The translations under genes and the position numbers were made by a program. From assembly GCA_030754655.1 (NCBI GenBank), contig JASLZX010000004.1, positions 30,095 through 94,094 of the forward strand: 64,000 bases of DNA, read 5' to 3'. The notes beneath the pieces are model-generated. The model had not been told where the DNA came from. It searched no databases and saw nothing but the letters and a program-made list of their open reading frames with translations. Shown in pieces: positions 48,500 to 59,625 of this stretch; positions within the stretch are counted from its first letter, which is position 1; every line of letters starts with the position of its first letter. This stretch comes from Candidatus Poseidoniia archaeon. Its GTDB lineage: Archaea > Thermoplasmatota > Poseidoniia > MGIII > CG-Epi1.

Positions 48500-51132
48500 C
48501 GTCTCCATACTACCCACACTGCACCACCGTTGGCCAGTGCTGCGGCTGCCAGCCCGAGCGTGAGCGCGAGTCGATGTGCCTCATTAAGTGGCAGTTTCCC
48601 GCGTGGCTGACCCGGGGGCTGTGGTGACTGGTGCTGTTGTGCTACCGGCTGCTCGCCATTCGGGCCCTGCAGGTGTTCTAGGTCATTGGCGCTCTGCAGG
48701 AACAGCGCGAAGTCGTTCTCGGGATGGTTGTCGGCGCGGAACATCGCGCTGACCGCGATGCGTTCGCCCGGCTCGAGCGCGACCGGATGCTGGCCGAAAA
48801 TCAGCATCACCATCGCGTTGCGCTCGACGGGGTCGCACAACAGCGCCGCGTCGGAGTCGCGCAGCTCGACCACCTCGGCACTCCCAACGTGGACGCGCCG
48901 GTCAAGGAATTGCTGCGGCGTCTCAATCAGTTGGAAGATGGTAACCTCAGTCGCAGGCGGCTGCGGCTGCCCGGTGTGATTCCAGCGCTGCTGCAGGTCG
49001 CTTTCGGCGTCGGCGAACGCGACCGCGCCCGACGCGATGATGAGCGCTGCGATGGCCAGCGCCAGCCACTTGCCCCGCTCCAGCGAACCGGAAATCTGCG
49101 CCAACCCGGCCGCCGCTAGGATTCCGGCCGGCGGTGCCAGTGGGAGGTAGTAGCGGATGTCGGTGAAGGTATTGGCGAGTACCCACCCTTGCGTCAGGTA
49201 GATGACACTGATAGAGCTGAGCCACCATCCCAGCGCGACGCCCGCAGCAGGCTGGCGCCGCAGTGCCCACGCGCCGGGGAGCGCACAGAGCAGCGCGGGA
49301 AAGAATACGACGACGAACTTGGCGACTTGCGGCAGGTTTTCGCGCTCCTGCTCGCCCAGATTGATGTAGCCGTCCCACATCGATACCGACGCCTCGTGCG
49401 TCTCGACCGTCAGGTTGTCACCGTCGCTCGAGACCTCGAGTTGGTTGCGCGACTGGTAGCCGGAGTTGAACGACCCGCCGAAGTAGTGCGCGTTGTAGGC
49501 GGCGAGCGGAATGCCGACCAGCAGCAGCCCCACCGTCAGCGCCCCGGCCTGCAACAGCGGGTCGCGCACCGCCGGCCACGCCAGCGCCGTCTGCAGCCGC
49601 TGTACAAGTTCGCGCGTCCGCCCGGCCGGCAGGTTGAGCCAGCCGATGTAGAGATACGGCGCGCCAGCCATCACGACCGTCGTGTAGCGCATCGTCACCC
49701 CCAGTCCGAACAGCACCCCCCCGCCGAGTGCCAGCAGCAGCACGGCGCGGCTGGCACCCTCCCGCCGTCCGCGGTGCGCCGCCTCGACGACCAGCCACAG
49801 ACCGGGCAGCGCGAACGAGACGGCAGCTAAGTCGCCCATCCACTGGCTGAACCAGAGGAGCAGGATGGTCGCGTTGGCGAGTGTGAGGACCGTTGCGACC
49901 CACGCCACGCGCCAGCCGCACCAGCGGCGCGCCAACCCGTAGGTCGCAACGCCGGCCATCAGCGCTAGCAGCGTGCCGAAGAGCGCCTCGGCGCCCAGAA
50001 GAATCAGTGGCATCAGCGCCGCGCTCGGACCGGGCGGCCAGTGGTTGACGTAGTGGTATTCGCCGTCGACCTTGGCGATGCCGGACGCCAGCGGTGGGTC
50101 GTAGCCCTCGATAAGCCAGTGGCTTGCCAGTTGGTATTCGCCCAGCTCCAGATTGCGCTCCGCGACCAGCGTGCCGTTGGCACCGGTCGTGCCGATCAGC
50201 TCCGACGTGGCGTCCGGCCCGCGCGGTGCCAGCTCGACGCTGGCGCCGGTGACGGGAACGCCGAAAAGGTCCTGCAGAGCGACAGACAGCCGCACCTGCT
50301 CAACCACTGCGGCGCTGCGTCGTCCTTGCCCGTCGGTCGCCCCCAGCTCGCGACTGTCCAGCAGCAGGCTCGCGCCGGCGACCGGGTCGCCGTCGCGCTC
50401 GACCCGCAGGGTGCCGCGCTTTGCCCCCAGGTCGCCCAGCTCCAGCCGCCCCTGCGCGTCGGTCTCGCCGCGCGACTGGCCGTTGAAGCGCACCGTGAGC
50501 CCCTCGCGGTCGCCCGGGAGCTGCACCTCGAGCAGCCCGCCGAGGCTGCGGTCGGTCAGGAACTCGATACTCGTCAGCGACGCGATGCCGTAGCGCGCCG
50601 CGTTGCCGAGCGGCACCTCGAGCAGCGTGCGGTAGACCACGCTCTGGCCGTCGCGCGACGCGCGCACCTGCAGCGGCGGGTTGCCGGCCGGGAGCCCGCG
50701 CAGCTCCGCCGTGCCCTGCGCGTCGGTCGTGGCTTCGAGCGCGCCTTGTGGGCGCGGGATGCTGACGCTGGCGTTGACCGCCGGCGCGCCGTCGTTGAAC
50801 GCCACGCTGACGCGCAAGTCATCCGCGCGCCCGTCGGGATCCAGCGCGACGATTTCCCACGCCACCTGCAGCGGCGGCACTCCGCTATCGATGGAGATCG
50901 CCTCTTCGTCACGGTAGTCGCCGTTGGCCAGTTGCAGCGGCAGCGACCAGTAGCCGTCAAGGTAGAGTTCGGCCCACGGGTAGTAGCCCTCCTCGTCCTT
51001 CAGGTGCCCCGCCGCGACTAGGTCGTGCGGCTGCGCGAGCATCCAGCCCGACAGGAGCAGGAACGCCAGTACCAGCAGCGCCAGCGCCGGCCGCTCGCGG
51101 TCCAGCTTGACAATTGCCATGCGGAGTTCCAC
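48478..51132 (-). CDS. Large membrane glycosyltransferase-like protein (GT39/ArnT-like polytopic core) with N-terminal CarboxypepD_reg-like repeats
   Basis: A signal anchor is followed by repeated TDAQG-type Ig-like segments, then about 10 TM helices with GT-C-like loops. The last 22 nt overlap the tRNA-Ala 3' end on the opposite strand. Confidence 0.55.
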   Translation of the reverse strand: MELRMAIVKLDRERPALALLVLAFLLLSGWMLAQPHDLVAAGHLKDEEGYYPWAELYLDGYWSLPLQLANGDYRDEEAISIDSGVPPLQVAWEIVALDPDGRADDLRVSVAFNDGAPAVNASVSIPRPQGALEATTDAQGTAELRGLPAGNPPLQVRASRDGQSVVYRTLLEVPLGNAARYGIASLTSIEFLTDRSLGGLLEVQLPGDREGLTVRFNGQSRGETDAQGRLELGDLGAKRGTLRVERDGDPVAGASLLLDSRELGATDGQGRRSAAVVEQVRLSVALQDLFGVPVTGASVELAPRGPDATSELIGTTGANGTLVAERNLELGEYQLASHWLIEGYDPPLASGIAKVDGEYHYVNHWPPGPSAALMPLILLGAEALFGTLLALMAGVATYGLARRWCGWRVAWVATVLTLANATILLLWFSQWMGDLAAVSFALPGLWLVVEAAHRGRREGASRAVLLLALGGGVLFGLGVTMRYTTVVMAGAPYLYIGWLNLPAGRTRELVQRLQTALAWPAVRDPLLQAGALTVGLLLVGIPLAAYNAHYFGGSFNSGYQSRNQLEVSSDGDNLTVETHEASVSMWDGYINLGEQERENLPQVAKFVVVFFPALLCALPGAWALRRQPAAGVALGWWLSSISVIYLTQGWVLANTFTDIRYYLPLAPPAGILAAAGLAQISGSLERGKWLALAIAALIIASGAVAFADAESDLQQRWNHTGQPQPPATEVTIFQLIETPQQFLDRRVHVGSAEVVELRDSDAALLCDPVERNAMVMLIFGQHPVALEPGERIAVSAMFRADNHPENDFALFLQSANDLEHLQGPNGEQPVAQQHQSPQPPGQPRGKLPLNEAHRLALTLGLAAAALANGGAVWVVWRRGGPAGI

Positions 51133-51231
51133 AGGATCGGAGCCGCCGTGCGATATTTAGGAGTCGTGCAGCCTTGCCGGGCGCTGAATAGTAATAACCG
51201 CCACCACTCGCCGCGCGTGACCACACCGGAA

Positions 51232-51885
51232 ATGCAGCCGCTTGACTTCCGCGAACTGCCGCTGGAGGAGATGCAGGCGCGCGTCAGTGATTTCGTCGCT
51301 GACCTGCGCCGCCGCCGCACGGTGCGCCACTTCACGGACCGGGCGGTGCCGCGCACGCTCATCGAGGAGTGCCTGCGTGCGGCCAACTCGGCGCCGAGCG
51401 GCGGCAACAGGCAGCCATGGCACTTCGTCATCGTCAGCGACGCAGAAACCAAGTCACGCATCCGTGAGGCGGCTGAGGCGGAGGAATACGAACTCTACCA
51501 CAAGCGAGCATCCGACGAATGGCTCGAGGCGCTGGCAGTGCTGGGCACGGACGAGCACAAGCCGTTCCTTGAAATCGCACCGTGGCTGATTGTGGTATTT
51601 GCCGAGATCTGGGGGGTCAGTCCGGATGGAAGCAAGAAAAAGAATTTCTACGTTCAGGAGTCGGTTGGAATCGCGACCGGGTTCCTGATCGCTGCGCTGC
51701 ACCGCGCCGGGCTGGCGACATTGACGCATACACCCAGTCCGATGGGGTTTCTGCGCGACATCCTTGGCCGTGGCGAGAACGAGCGCGCGTTCCTGATTCT
51801 CGTGACTGGCTACCCTGCCGATGACGCCGAGGTGCCGGTGTTCGAGAAGAAGAAACTGGATGACGTAACGAGCTTCCGCGAGTGA
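51232..51885 (+). CDS. Nitroreductase-family flavoprotein (IYD/BluB-like)
   Basis: [41 protein letters not shown] is a nitroreductase signature. The 69 aa upstream of ATG 51232 in the track are spurious. Confidence 0.8.
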   Translation: MQPLDFRELPLEEMQARVSDFVADLRRRRTVRHFTDRAVPRTLIEECLRAANSAPSGGNRQPWHFVIVSDAETKSRIREAAEAEEYELYHKRASDEWLEALAVLGTDEHKPFLEIAPWLIVVFAEIWGVSPDGSKKKNFYVQESVGIATGFLIAALHRAGLATLTHTPSPMGFLRDILGRGENERAFLILVTGYPADDAEVPVFEKKKLDDVTSFRE

Positions 51886-53147
51886 GCGACGCCGATATAG
51901 AGCGGCCACGCGAGCTCTATGCGTACCACGCCACCAGTTCTTTCGCGTCCGATATCTCGATGTCCTATTTCGGGTACTTTGCGGTGCGACTGGGCGCCTC
52001 GTTCGAACTGCTCGCGTGGATGCAGTCGCTCAACAACCTGCTTCCCAACACGCTGCAGCACTTCTGGGGCTGGATATCTGACCGCCGGGCGCACAGGGCC
52101 TTCTGGATAATCCTTGGTTCGGCCCTTGGGGGGTTTGCCCTTTGGCTGCTCTCAGAAGCCCAGACTCCCGAGGAGGTGCTGGTGCTACTGGTACTCTATT
52201 CCGCCTCTCTCTCGCTCGTACAGCCAACCTGGGCGGCGCTGCAGGGAGACTGGATTCCAGCGGGCAGGCGTGGCAGGGTGCTCAGCCGGTTCCACGTAGT
52301 GGGAGGCATGGCTGGCCTGGTTGGCTCGCTCGTAGCGCTCTGGTTCGTGTACAATTCGGGTAACGAGACCGCCGACGGCTTTCGCCCCCTGTTCGTTATG
52401 GCTGCGACCGCAACCGCGCTGGGAGGTCTGATACTGGTGCGGGTGCCCTACCGGGACCCCGGGGCCATACCTGATGAACAGCAGACCGAGCAGGCTCGCA
52501 TCGCACACTCCGACGCGTTTCAGGGTTTTGTGCGGGTCCAGATGGTCTATACCCTGCTGATGTCGCTCATCTGGCCCCTGTTCGCGGTCCTGCTCATTCG
52601 GGTCATTGGCGCGACCAACACTGAACTGGTAATTTTCTCGATACTGGGTGCAGCAGCCGAGATGGCGTTCCAGCCGCTGATGGGTCGTCTGGTCGACCGC
52701 GTCGGGCCACTGCAGGTCATGTTCATCAGCCGTATTGGCTTTGCAGCGCTCCCGTTCATCTACGTGCTCTGGCAGGACCTGTGGGTCTACTACGCCCTGC
52801 AGGTGGTCATTTTCGGCCCATGTTTCAGTGCGTTCCTGATATCGACCAACACCCTCATCCTGGACTTGGCACCCAGCGGTGAGCGGGCGGGCTACTTCAG
52901 CTACTACAACACCCGCATCGGGATTACTACCTTCATTGGCGCACTGGCCGGCGGTTATCTGGCCGGATTCCTCGACGGCTATCTCGGTAGCACGGCGCAG
53001 GCCATCTACTGGGTATTCGTGATTTCCGGTACCGGCCGGCTCTTGGCGTCGTTACCCTACCTACGACTCACGTCACCGCGCCGCTATCCTGCCTCACTGC
53101 AGCTACTCGACCGGCTGGCCGAGGCTCGCCGGCCATGGCGGCGCTAG
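51882..53147 (+). CDS. MFS transporter
   Basis: 421 aa with 12 predicted TM helices and a conserved GRRGR-like loop between TM2 and TM3. Confidence 0.75.
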   Translation: MSDADIERPRELYAYHATSSFASDISMSYFGYFAVRLGASFELLAWMQSLNNLLPNTLQHFWGWISDRRAHRAFWIILGSALGGFALWLLSEAQTPEEVLVLLVLYSASLSLVQPTWAALQGDWIPAGRRGRVLSRFHVVGGMAGLVGSLVALWFVYNSGNETADGFRPLFVMAATATALGGLILVRVPYRDPGAIPDEQQTEQARIAHSDAFQGFVRVQMVYTLLMSLIWPLFAVLLIRVIGATNTELVIFSILGAAAEMAFQPLMGRLVDRVGPLQVMFISRIGFAALPFIYVLWQDLWVYYALQVVIFGPCFSAFLISTNTLILDLAPSGERAGYFSYYNTRIGITTFIGALAGGYLAGFLDGYLGSTAQAIYWVFVISGTGRLLASLPYLRLTSPRRYPASLQLLDRLAEARRPWRR

Positions 53148-54218
53148 CTATCCGTAGAATTTCTGCAGGAGCAGGTGGAAATGGTGCACCCCGACCTCCT
53201 TGGCTGGAGAGTATCTTCCCCGGTCATATGACTGCGACATGACGCCCCTCTGCACGGCTTCGACTATTTCCCCGTCTTCCAGTTCAACCTTGTCCAGGTC
53301 ACTTCCGGCCCCCTTGCCCTGAAGTTTCTCTTTCCAGACGTATGTCAGGTACTGAATCCTGGTCCTGGCGGGTTCTGCCGGTTCCACGACGTTGACCGAG
53401 AGCCCCCATGGATAGAAATTGAACATCATATTCGGAAAGAGGAAGAAATAGTAGGCTGCTATGTTCCTGCCCCGGTCCTGATGGCCCTCGGGGAGTTCGA
53501 AAGTTGCTTCGCTATCCTTCCCAATCCCGATTTGCAGCACGACATTTTCGACAGCCTCTGTGCGGTACTCATCGTAATCCAGTTCCCTGTTCAATCCCTT
53601 GTGCACGTGCGGGATATGGAACCCCTCCAGGTAGTTATCGCAGTACAGTGCCCAGTTCGCATTGATTTCGTAGCTCCTTGACAATTCTGGCTTGAATCTG
53701 AATTTGTCCAGTGGCAACCACCCCATCCGGTCTGCCATGGGTCCCGTCAACTCAGAAAGTTCGCATTTCTTGTCATTGATGACGAACATCATATTTTCCC
53801 AGAAATCAGTCTCGATTTCGGGCAGGTCATCGCCGGGTCCGGGATAATTTTCCACATCCTCGAACTCGGGCATGAACTTCAGTTCCCCGTCCACGCTGAA
53901 CTGCCTGCCGTGATAGCCGCAGACAAGGGTTTTCGTATCGCATGCTTCTTTGCAGACGATATTGCCGCGGTGGGTGCAGACGTTTGAAAGGCACTTGATC
54001 CTGCTCCGGTCCTTCGTCAGTATGTATGGTTAGTCAAGCATGCCCTCCAGGATAATCCCGGGATGGACGTTGCAGGTTTCTAGGAGGTCGGTATTCCCCA
54101 CGAATTGCCAGCTCTTGTTGAACATACTTTTCAGGTTCCTGAAAACCTCTTCGCTGTGGTAGAACTCTGATGGAATCGTCCTAGCGACTCGAATGTCCTC
54201 GTCGACATCAAATATCAT
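53148..54218 (-). pseudogene. Rieske [2Fe-2S] non-heme iron oxygenase alpha subunit interrupted by a single in-frame TAA
   Basis: The N-terminal ORF (54030..54218) ends ...GIILEGMLD*. The same frame continues PYILTKDRSRIKCLSNVCTHRGNIVCKEACDTKTLVCGYHGRQF, carrying the Rieske CxH...CxxH motifs, and runs into the catalytic-domain ORF 53148..53894. The ORF track places both parts in the same frame. Confidence 0.6.
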
Positions 54219-54221
54219 GGT

Positions 54222-55091
54222 CTACTTTCTACGCGAACGGGTCCGGACGCTGCTGGTGCGCGAGCGCCTCACAGGTGATCGACCTCGGCGTGAGCGCGTA
54301 TGGCCGAAACGATTTCCGAATCCCCAACCCATTCCTCCCATCCTATGCATGCCCATACCGGTCATTTGTCTTCCGATATTACTTGCCAAGGAAAAAATAG
54401 CCAGGATTACGAATACAATACCAATTGGCAGACAGCATAGTATGAACGCAAGCTCTGAACCGGGCTCGTTCACGATGTAATTTTCACTGGGGTTGTCAGG
54501 GTTATAGTGGACGGTGACTGTGCCGTTGACTGCATACCGTCCTTCAAGTTCTTCTTGGCAGCTGCTTTCACCATAGTCGCCATCAATATATTCTTTGTTA
54601 CTGTAGACGCGGTTATCAGCGGTGAAGTTGTAGCTGACTTCAATCCCACACGAGAAGGTTTCCTTGCATTCGTGGTCATCGTAGTAGCCATCATCGTTAT
54701 CGTCCGTGCATTCCTCGCCAACTTCATCCTCGTAGTAGGTCTCCCAAACCGTGCCTTCTACTGTAGGCCAGCTGGCGACATCTTCTGCATTCTGGCTGTA
54801 AAGATAGATACCGAGTAACCCGCTACCTACCAGTAGCAGGACAGCTACCACAACAACGATGATTATGTTCCGGTCGGAGCTGGAATCATCTCTAGAGTCG
54901 CCAGAACTACTTGCAGGAGTGGAGCCGCCGAAATACTTCGAGTCGGACATGTAGGAATCGTCATCGGTGCCCCTGCGCCACTCCTCGTATTCCTTGCTGT
55001 CGAGCTCAAACGAGTCATCCTCTCTGTCATCGACAGGCTTGCGCGGCTTTCCGCTGTCGTGCGAAACCCAGCCCTCGTCGTCGCTTGCCAT
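54222..55091 (-). CDS. Hypothetical single-pass membrane protein with an acidic N-terminus and a Gly/Met/Arg-rich basic C-terminal tail
   Basis: 289-aa ORF in a lower-GC block of about 50%. No family was recognised. Confidence 0.45.
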   Translation of the reverse strand: MASDDEGWVSHDSGKPRKPVDDREDDSFELDSKEYEEWRRGTDDDSYMSDSKYFGGSTPASSSGDSRDDSSSDRNIIIVVVVAVLLLVGSGLLGIYLYSQNAEDVASWPTVEGTVWETYYEDEVGEECTDDNDDGYYDDHECKETFSCGIEVSYNFTADNRVYSNKEYIDGDYGESSCQEELEGRYAVNGTVTVHYNPDNPSENYIVNEPGSELAFILCCLPIGIVFVILAIFSLASNIGRQMTGMGMHRMGGMGWGFGNRFGHTRSRRGRSPVRRSRTSSVRTRSRRK

Positions 55092-55218
55092 GTTCGTTTT
55101 CCCCGGCCTAGCCCGGTATAGCAGGAGCCAGATAACCGCTATTTAACGCTAATACGATAATTCCCGTTCAAAATATTTTGTGAAACGCGCTTATATATGG
55201 CGACCACGTCCAAAACCC

Positions 55219-57552
55219 ATGCGCCAAAGCCTGTTTGTGGCCCTGATGCTTTGCCTGACGCCCGTGCTAGCGGGCTGCCTCGACTCCCTGACTGGAGACG
55301 AGGAGCTCCGCACCGGCTGTACCTACACCGAGGCGGAGAACTGGGACCCCCAGGCGCAGATTGACGATGGATCCTGTGATCTGGGTCTTGAAGGTTGTAC
55401 GTATGAAGGCGCTGAAAACTACAATCCCTCATTCGTGGTAGACGATGGTTCCTGTGTTTTTGCCGATCCGGTCGTTGGATGTATGGACCCTGCAGCCAGC
55501 AACTACAACTCGTATGCTGAATATGACGACGACTCATGCGTGTACCTGCTTGGCTGCACATACGCGGACGCCGACAACTACGATTTGTCTGCACAGGTAG
55601 ATAACGGAACCTGTGAATTTGCAGAACCAGTGACCGGCTGCATGGATGACGCAGCCACTAATTACAATCAGTACGCCGAGTATGATGATGATTCATGTGA
55701 ATACATCTCAGGTTGCACCTACGATGATGCAGATAACTACAATTCCAGTGCAACTGTGGATGACGGGAGTTGTAATTTCCCCGACCCTGTTCTTGGCTGC
55801 ACGGATGATGCCGCAGCTAACTACAACCCCTACGCGACGATAGACGACGATTCCTGCTATTACCTGTACGCGAGCCTGACGAGCGAGGAGTTCAACGACT
55901 TTGCCAACCTGTTCACGGAGCAGAAAGATTTCACGCAGTGGTCGGATGACTTTGACCGCTTCGGCTCTGAAATGCAAATAAATCCGATAACTATGATGGG
56001 AGAAATGGATGAAGGCGGTGAGGGGGGCGATAATGGCACTGAAGATGATGAAGAGGAGGAAATGCCTGAAGAAATGTACATTGTCCTCGGGATGCAGAAA
56101 GATGACGCGAGTCAGATTTTCACGGCCACTTTCGGCATGGAAATGAGTATGGAGGGAGATCCCATGGAGATGGGGGCAGAAGATGGTGAAGCCAAGATGT
56201 CACTCAGGATGACGTCAGTGAGACAGGGTCCAGGGTGCACCAGTGGGGACTGCACCTTGACCAACGAGGTCATGGAGGTTTCCATGTACGTTGGCTCCGA
56301 AAGTCCCGGTACAAAGATGATTATGTCGATGTACATGTTTGCTACCACCTACAGCCGTGACATGGTGCCCTACTATGGTGACCCTGTTGCCGAACTCCCG
56401 GGTGGCGGCAGTTTCTTCTTGGGGCAAAGTGAACCTGAAGAGGTCGAAATCATAAGGGATGGCGATAACGTGAGGTTTTCGCCCGCTGAAATAGAGATAG
56501 AGGTCGATACCACCATAATCTGGTATAACGATGATGATACGGCCCATACCGTCACCGCTGATGGAACTTTCGACTCAGGTGATATAGATCCATATAGTGA
56601 GTGGGAATACACCTTCGGAGAGGTCGGTGAGTACGCCTACTATAGTGATAAGACCGAGGACAAGGACCCTTTTGGAAATTTGACGGGCAGGGTCATTGTC
56701 ACGGAGATAGAGTCGATTGACCTAGATTGGGATACCGAAGCGGGAGTGGGATTGGATTCCGATGACGATGGCAAGGATGACTGGATTGAATATTACGCCT
56801 ATGCCTGGGATGACGAGGACAATATGAGCATTGCCGCGACTCTGACACAGAATATCGAGACTGGTACGTTGTATCCGAGACATCTGGAGTTCCACAATGA
56901 GACTGGCGTACCAATCATGGCTTTCGAGTTCTGGTACGGTGACGAAGTCTACATCGAGCTGAATGACGACGAAGGCCTGAACAAGTCCGCAACCCAGTTC
57001 AATTGGGACGCAGACTCCTACGATGACAACGAAACATCGCAGAACGTCTATGAGGGGACGATATCGGAGGGTAATGGCAATTACATGCAGGAAGCCCCCA
57101 ACGATGAGATGGAGATTCGGGTTCTTGAGGCGTATGAAGGCAGCGATGATGAAGGTCCCGATATTGGTGATCCTTTCGGCGGGGACGAGGAAGAAGGCGG
57201 CCGGGAGAATGCCAGGGTAGTGGCTAGTATGGTCCTCTCAGATGGAGGGGCCGACATGGTTGATACCGAAACTGGCTGCCATTGGTACATCACGTGGAAC
57301 GATAACGATGGGGATGGTCTTGTATCTGTGAACGACACGTACGAAATCCGCAGCGACAAGATGGGCACCGGCGGCGAAGTCTGCAACCGCGAGGACGAGA
57401 ACGGCAACGCCACCTACGTAATCGAGTTCTTCGACCTCTGGGCCGATGCATACGTCGATGGTCCCAACCCGGCATTAGCGCCTGGTTTCACGGGGCTGTT
57501 TGCGGCCTTTGCCATCGCGGGCCTGGCCGGCCTGCGCCGCCGCCGGCGTTAG
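55219..57552 (+). CDS. Secreted lipoprotein with 7 tandem Cys-pair repeats, a ligand-less cupredoxin-like domain, acidic domains and a PGF-CTERM archaeosortase signal
   Basis: Lipobox LAGCLDS. Seven repeats of the G-C-x4-A-x-N-Y-x(3-4)-A-x2-D-D-G-S-C type are present. A cupredoxin-like segment [39 protein letters not shown] lacks the Cys/His/Met copper ligands. The C-terminus is [24 protein letters not shown]. Confidence 0.6.
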   Translation: MRQSLFVALMLCLTPVLAGCLDSLTGDEELRTGCTYTEAENWDPQAQIDDGSCDLGLEGCTYEGAENYNPSFVVDDGSCVFADPVVGCMDPAASNYNSYAEYDDDSCVYLLGCTYADADNYDLSAQVDNGTCEFAEPVTGCMDDAATNYNQYAEYDDDSCEYISGCTYDDADNYNSSATVDDGSCNFPDPVLGCTDDAAANYNPYATIDDDSCYYLYASLTSEEFNDFANLFTEQKDFTQWSDDFDRFGSEMQINPITMMGEMDEGGEGGDNGTEDDEEEEMPEEMYIVLGMQKDDASQIFTATFGMEMSMEGDPMEMGAEDGEAKMSLRMTSVRQGPGCTSGDCTLTNEVMEVSMYVGSESPGTKMIMSMYMFATTYSRDMVPYYGDPVAELPGGGSFFLGQSEPEEVEIIRDGDNVRFSPAEIEIEVDTTIIWYNDDDTAHTVTADGTFDSGDIDPYSEWEYTFGEVGEYAYYSDKTEDKDPFGNLTGRVIVTEIESIDLDWDTEAGVGLDSDDDGKDDWIEYYAYAWDDEDNMSIAATLTQNIETGTLYPRHLEFHNETGVPIMAFEFWYGDEVYIELNDDEGLNKSATQFNWDADSYDDNETSQNVYEGTISEGNGNYMQEAPNDEMEIRVLEAYEGSDDEGPDIGDPFGGDEEEGGRENARVVASMVLSDGGADMVDTETGCHWYITWNDNDGDGLVSVNDTYEIRSDKMGTGGEVCNREDENGNATYVIEFFDLWADAYVDGPNPALAPGFTGLFAAFAIAGLAGLRRRRR
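55315..55870 (+). repeat. Coding tandem repeat array (7 x 66-84 bp) specifying the Cys-pair module
   Basis: Periodic GGCTG(C/T)AC...GA(C/T)GA(C/T)GG...TC(C/A)TG units are visible in the DNA and in the protein translation. Confidence 0.7.
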
Positions 57553-58700
57553 CCGAAGCGGTCGCGAACCCGCTCGAAGAGCGAAGGCGACTCGCCGTCC
57601 AGCTCGCGTAGCTGCTCCCACGCCGGGCGCGACTTACGTCCAGCCTTCGGGATGCGGACGTTGACCCGCACGTGCTGGTCGCCGTAGTGGCCGGCGCGCG
57701 CTAGGTCGGGCATCCCCTTGCCGCGCAGCCGCAGCACCGCGCCCGACTGGGTTCCCGCGGGCACCTTCAGCTTGACCTTGCCGGCGAGCGTCGGCACCTT
57801 GATTTCATCGCCTAGCACCGCCTGCGCCGGCGTTATCTCCAGCTCGAGCACGATTTCAGTCTCCTGCCGCTGGAAGGTGCGGTGGCGCCGGACGTTGGTG
57901 ATGACGTAAAGGTCTCCGCGAGGCCCGTTGCGCGGGCCGGCCGAGCCCTGCCCGTGCAGGCGCAGCCGGTGGCCGTCATCAATCCCGGGGGGGATGGTTA
58001 GCTTGATTTTCTTCCGCGCCTCGCGAACGCCGCGCCCGCGGCAGCCGCTGCACGGCTTGTCGACGTTTTTCCCGTCGCCGCCGCACTGCGGGCACTCGCC
58101 GGTCTGGACCGTCTGCATGAAGCCGCGCCGTTGGACGTGCTGTACCATCCCGCGACCGCCGCACTGGCTGCAGGTCACAGCGCTGCCCCCTTCGGCCGCG
58201 CCGCTGCCGGAGCAGTCGCCGCACGCTTCGTCACGCGGGATAGTCACTTGCTGCTCGAGGCCGCTGTAGGCCTGCTCGAGGCTCAGCGTCAGGTCGTAGC
58301 GCAGGTCGGCGCCGTGGTTGCGCGGGCCGCGCTGTCGGGCGCCCCCACCGAAGAACTGCGAGAAAAGGTCGCCCATCCCGCCGCCACCACCGCCGCCGAA
58401 GAGCTGGCCGAAAATATCCGAAATGTCGCCCTGGTGGGTGAAGTCGTCCCACGAGAAGCCGCCGCCGCCGAAGTTGACCCCTTCGTGGCCGTGGCGGTCG
58501 TAGCGCGGCCGCTTCTCGTCGTCGGCCAGCACTTCGTACGCCTCGGAGATTTCCTTGAATTTCTCCTCGGCCTCGGACTGGTTTTCGCGGTTGGCGTCGG
58601 GGTGGTATTTCCGCGCCAGTGTGCGGTACGCCTTCTTGATTTCCGCCTTCGACGCGTCCCGTTTGATACCGAGCACTTTGTAGTAGTCCCGCTTCGCCAT
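57549..58700 (-). CDS. dnaJ: Chaperone DnaJ
   Basis: J-domain with HPD (YHPDAN), a G/F-rich region, four CxxCxGxG zinc-finger repeats, and a C-terminal substrate-binding domain. Confidence 0.9.
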   Translation of the reverse strand: MAKRDYYKVLGIKRDASKAEIKKAYRTLARKYHPDANRENQSEAEEKFKEISEAYEVLADDEKRPRYDRHGHEGVNFGGGGFSWDDFTHQGDISDIFGQLFGGGGGGGMGDLFSQFFGGGARQRGPRNHGADLRYDLTLSLEQAYSGLEQQVTIPRDEACGDCSGSGAAEGGSAVTCSQCGGRGMVQHVQRRGFMQTVQTGECPQCGGDGKNVDKPCSGCRGRGVREARKKIKLTIPPGIDDGHRLRLHGQGSAGPRNGPRGDLYVITNVRRHRTFQRQETEIVLELEITPAQAVLGDEIKVPTLAGKVKLKVPAGTQSGAVLRLRGKGMPDLARAGHYGDQHVRVNVRIPKAGRKSRPAWEQLRELDGESPSLFERVRDRFG

Positions 58701-58734
58701 GGCGGCGGCGCTACTTCCCGGCGGATTTAAGCTT

Positions 58735-59625
58735 TCAGAATTGTTTGCGCTCTAGCATCCGCGAGGCGAGCATGAAGGTAACCGCCGTCACCGCCAGCAG
58801 CACGCCGACCGATTGCCACGGGTCGGTCGCGATGGAAGTCACGGTGGCCGAAAAATCGGTTACGGTCTCGACCGTCAGGTTCAGGCTGTCCGCCTCTACA
58901 TCGAGGTATTTCAGTCGCGGCAGCGCGAATGAACGCAGGTAGTGCATGATGCTGAAGCGCTGTGAATCGCCGCTCGCCAGCATCACTTCCCATACCAGCC
59001 AGTAGATCAGCGAGACCGGCAGCGGCCGTTGCACCAGTGCGTTGATGAGCAGGAATATGCTGGTGTAGGCGAGCGACGCCAGCAGCAGCGTCCCGAGCAC
59101 CGCGCCGAGCAGCGGCAGGTGCTCGCGCAGGCCGAAGCTGCCGCCGTGTGCCAGCAGCGCCAGATACATGACCGTGAGCGGCGTTCCCACCGCGACGAAA
59201 GTGCCGAGAGTGCCAGCGAGCAGTTTGGGGAGCAGGATTTCGTACATCCGTACTGGTGAGGTGCGCAGCAGCTGCATCGTCTTTTGTTTGAACTCGGTGT
59301 TGAGCAATTCAACCGCTCCCAGCAGCGCCACCAGCGCTACTACCAAGGGCAGATAGAGGTGGAAGGCGAGACCGTAGAACACGTCGGCCATCACCGCGTG
59401 CAGCACTTCCCCTTCGAAGACGCGCACCTCGTCACCGGCGATGACCTGCGTCTCCACTTTACCACGGCTGTCGTACCAGAACCAGCCTGAGAGCAGCCCC
59501 GGAGTCAGCAGCAGCGCGGCGATAATCAGCGTGCTGCGCGCCAGCAGGAACTGCCGCACGCCGTCGCGGAACACCGGCCGGCCAATTTGCAGCAGCCGCG
59601 CCACTTCCTCGCCTACGCTTTCCAC
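58735..59625 (-). CDS. ABC-2 type transporter permease
   Basis: 296 aa with six TM helices, downstream of and overlapping an ABC ATPase gene. Confidence 0.7.
   Translation of the reverse strand: MESVGEEVARLLQIGRPVFRDGVRQFLLARSTLIIAALLLTPGLLSGWFWYDSRGKVETQVIAGDEVRVFEGEVLHAVMADVFYGLAFHLYLPLVVALVALLGAVELLNTEFKQKTMQLLRTSPVRMYEILLPKLLAGTLGTFVAVGTPLTVMYLALLAHGGSFGLREHLPLLGAVLGTLLLASLAYTSIFLLINALVQRPLPVSLIYWLVWEVMLASGDSQRFSIMHYLRSFALPRLKYLDVEADSLNLTVETVTDFSATVTSIATDPWQSVGVLLAVTAVTFMLASRMLERKQF

Noticed and set aside
54030-54032. In-frame stop in the Rieske oxygenase as programmed recoding (Sec or Pyl)
   Set aside because: The codon is TAA, not TGA or TAG, and no SECIS-like context was noted. Nonsense mutation or sequencing error is more parsimonious.
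55315-55870. Periodic DNA repeats considered as a possible CRISPR-like array
   Set aside because: The units are in-frame coding repeats inside a single ORF with no unique spacers. No cas genes were seen anywhere in the window.
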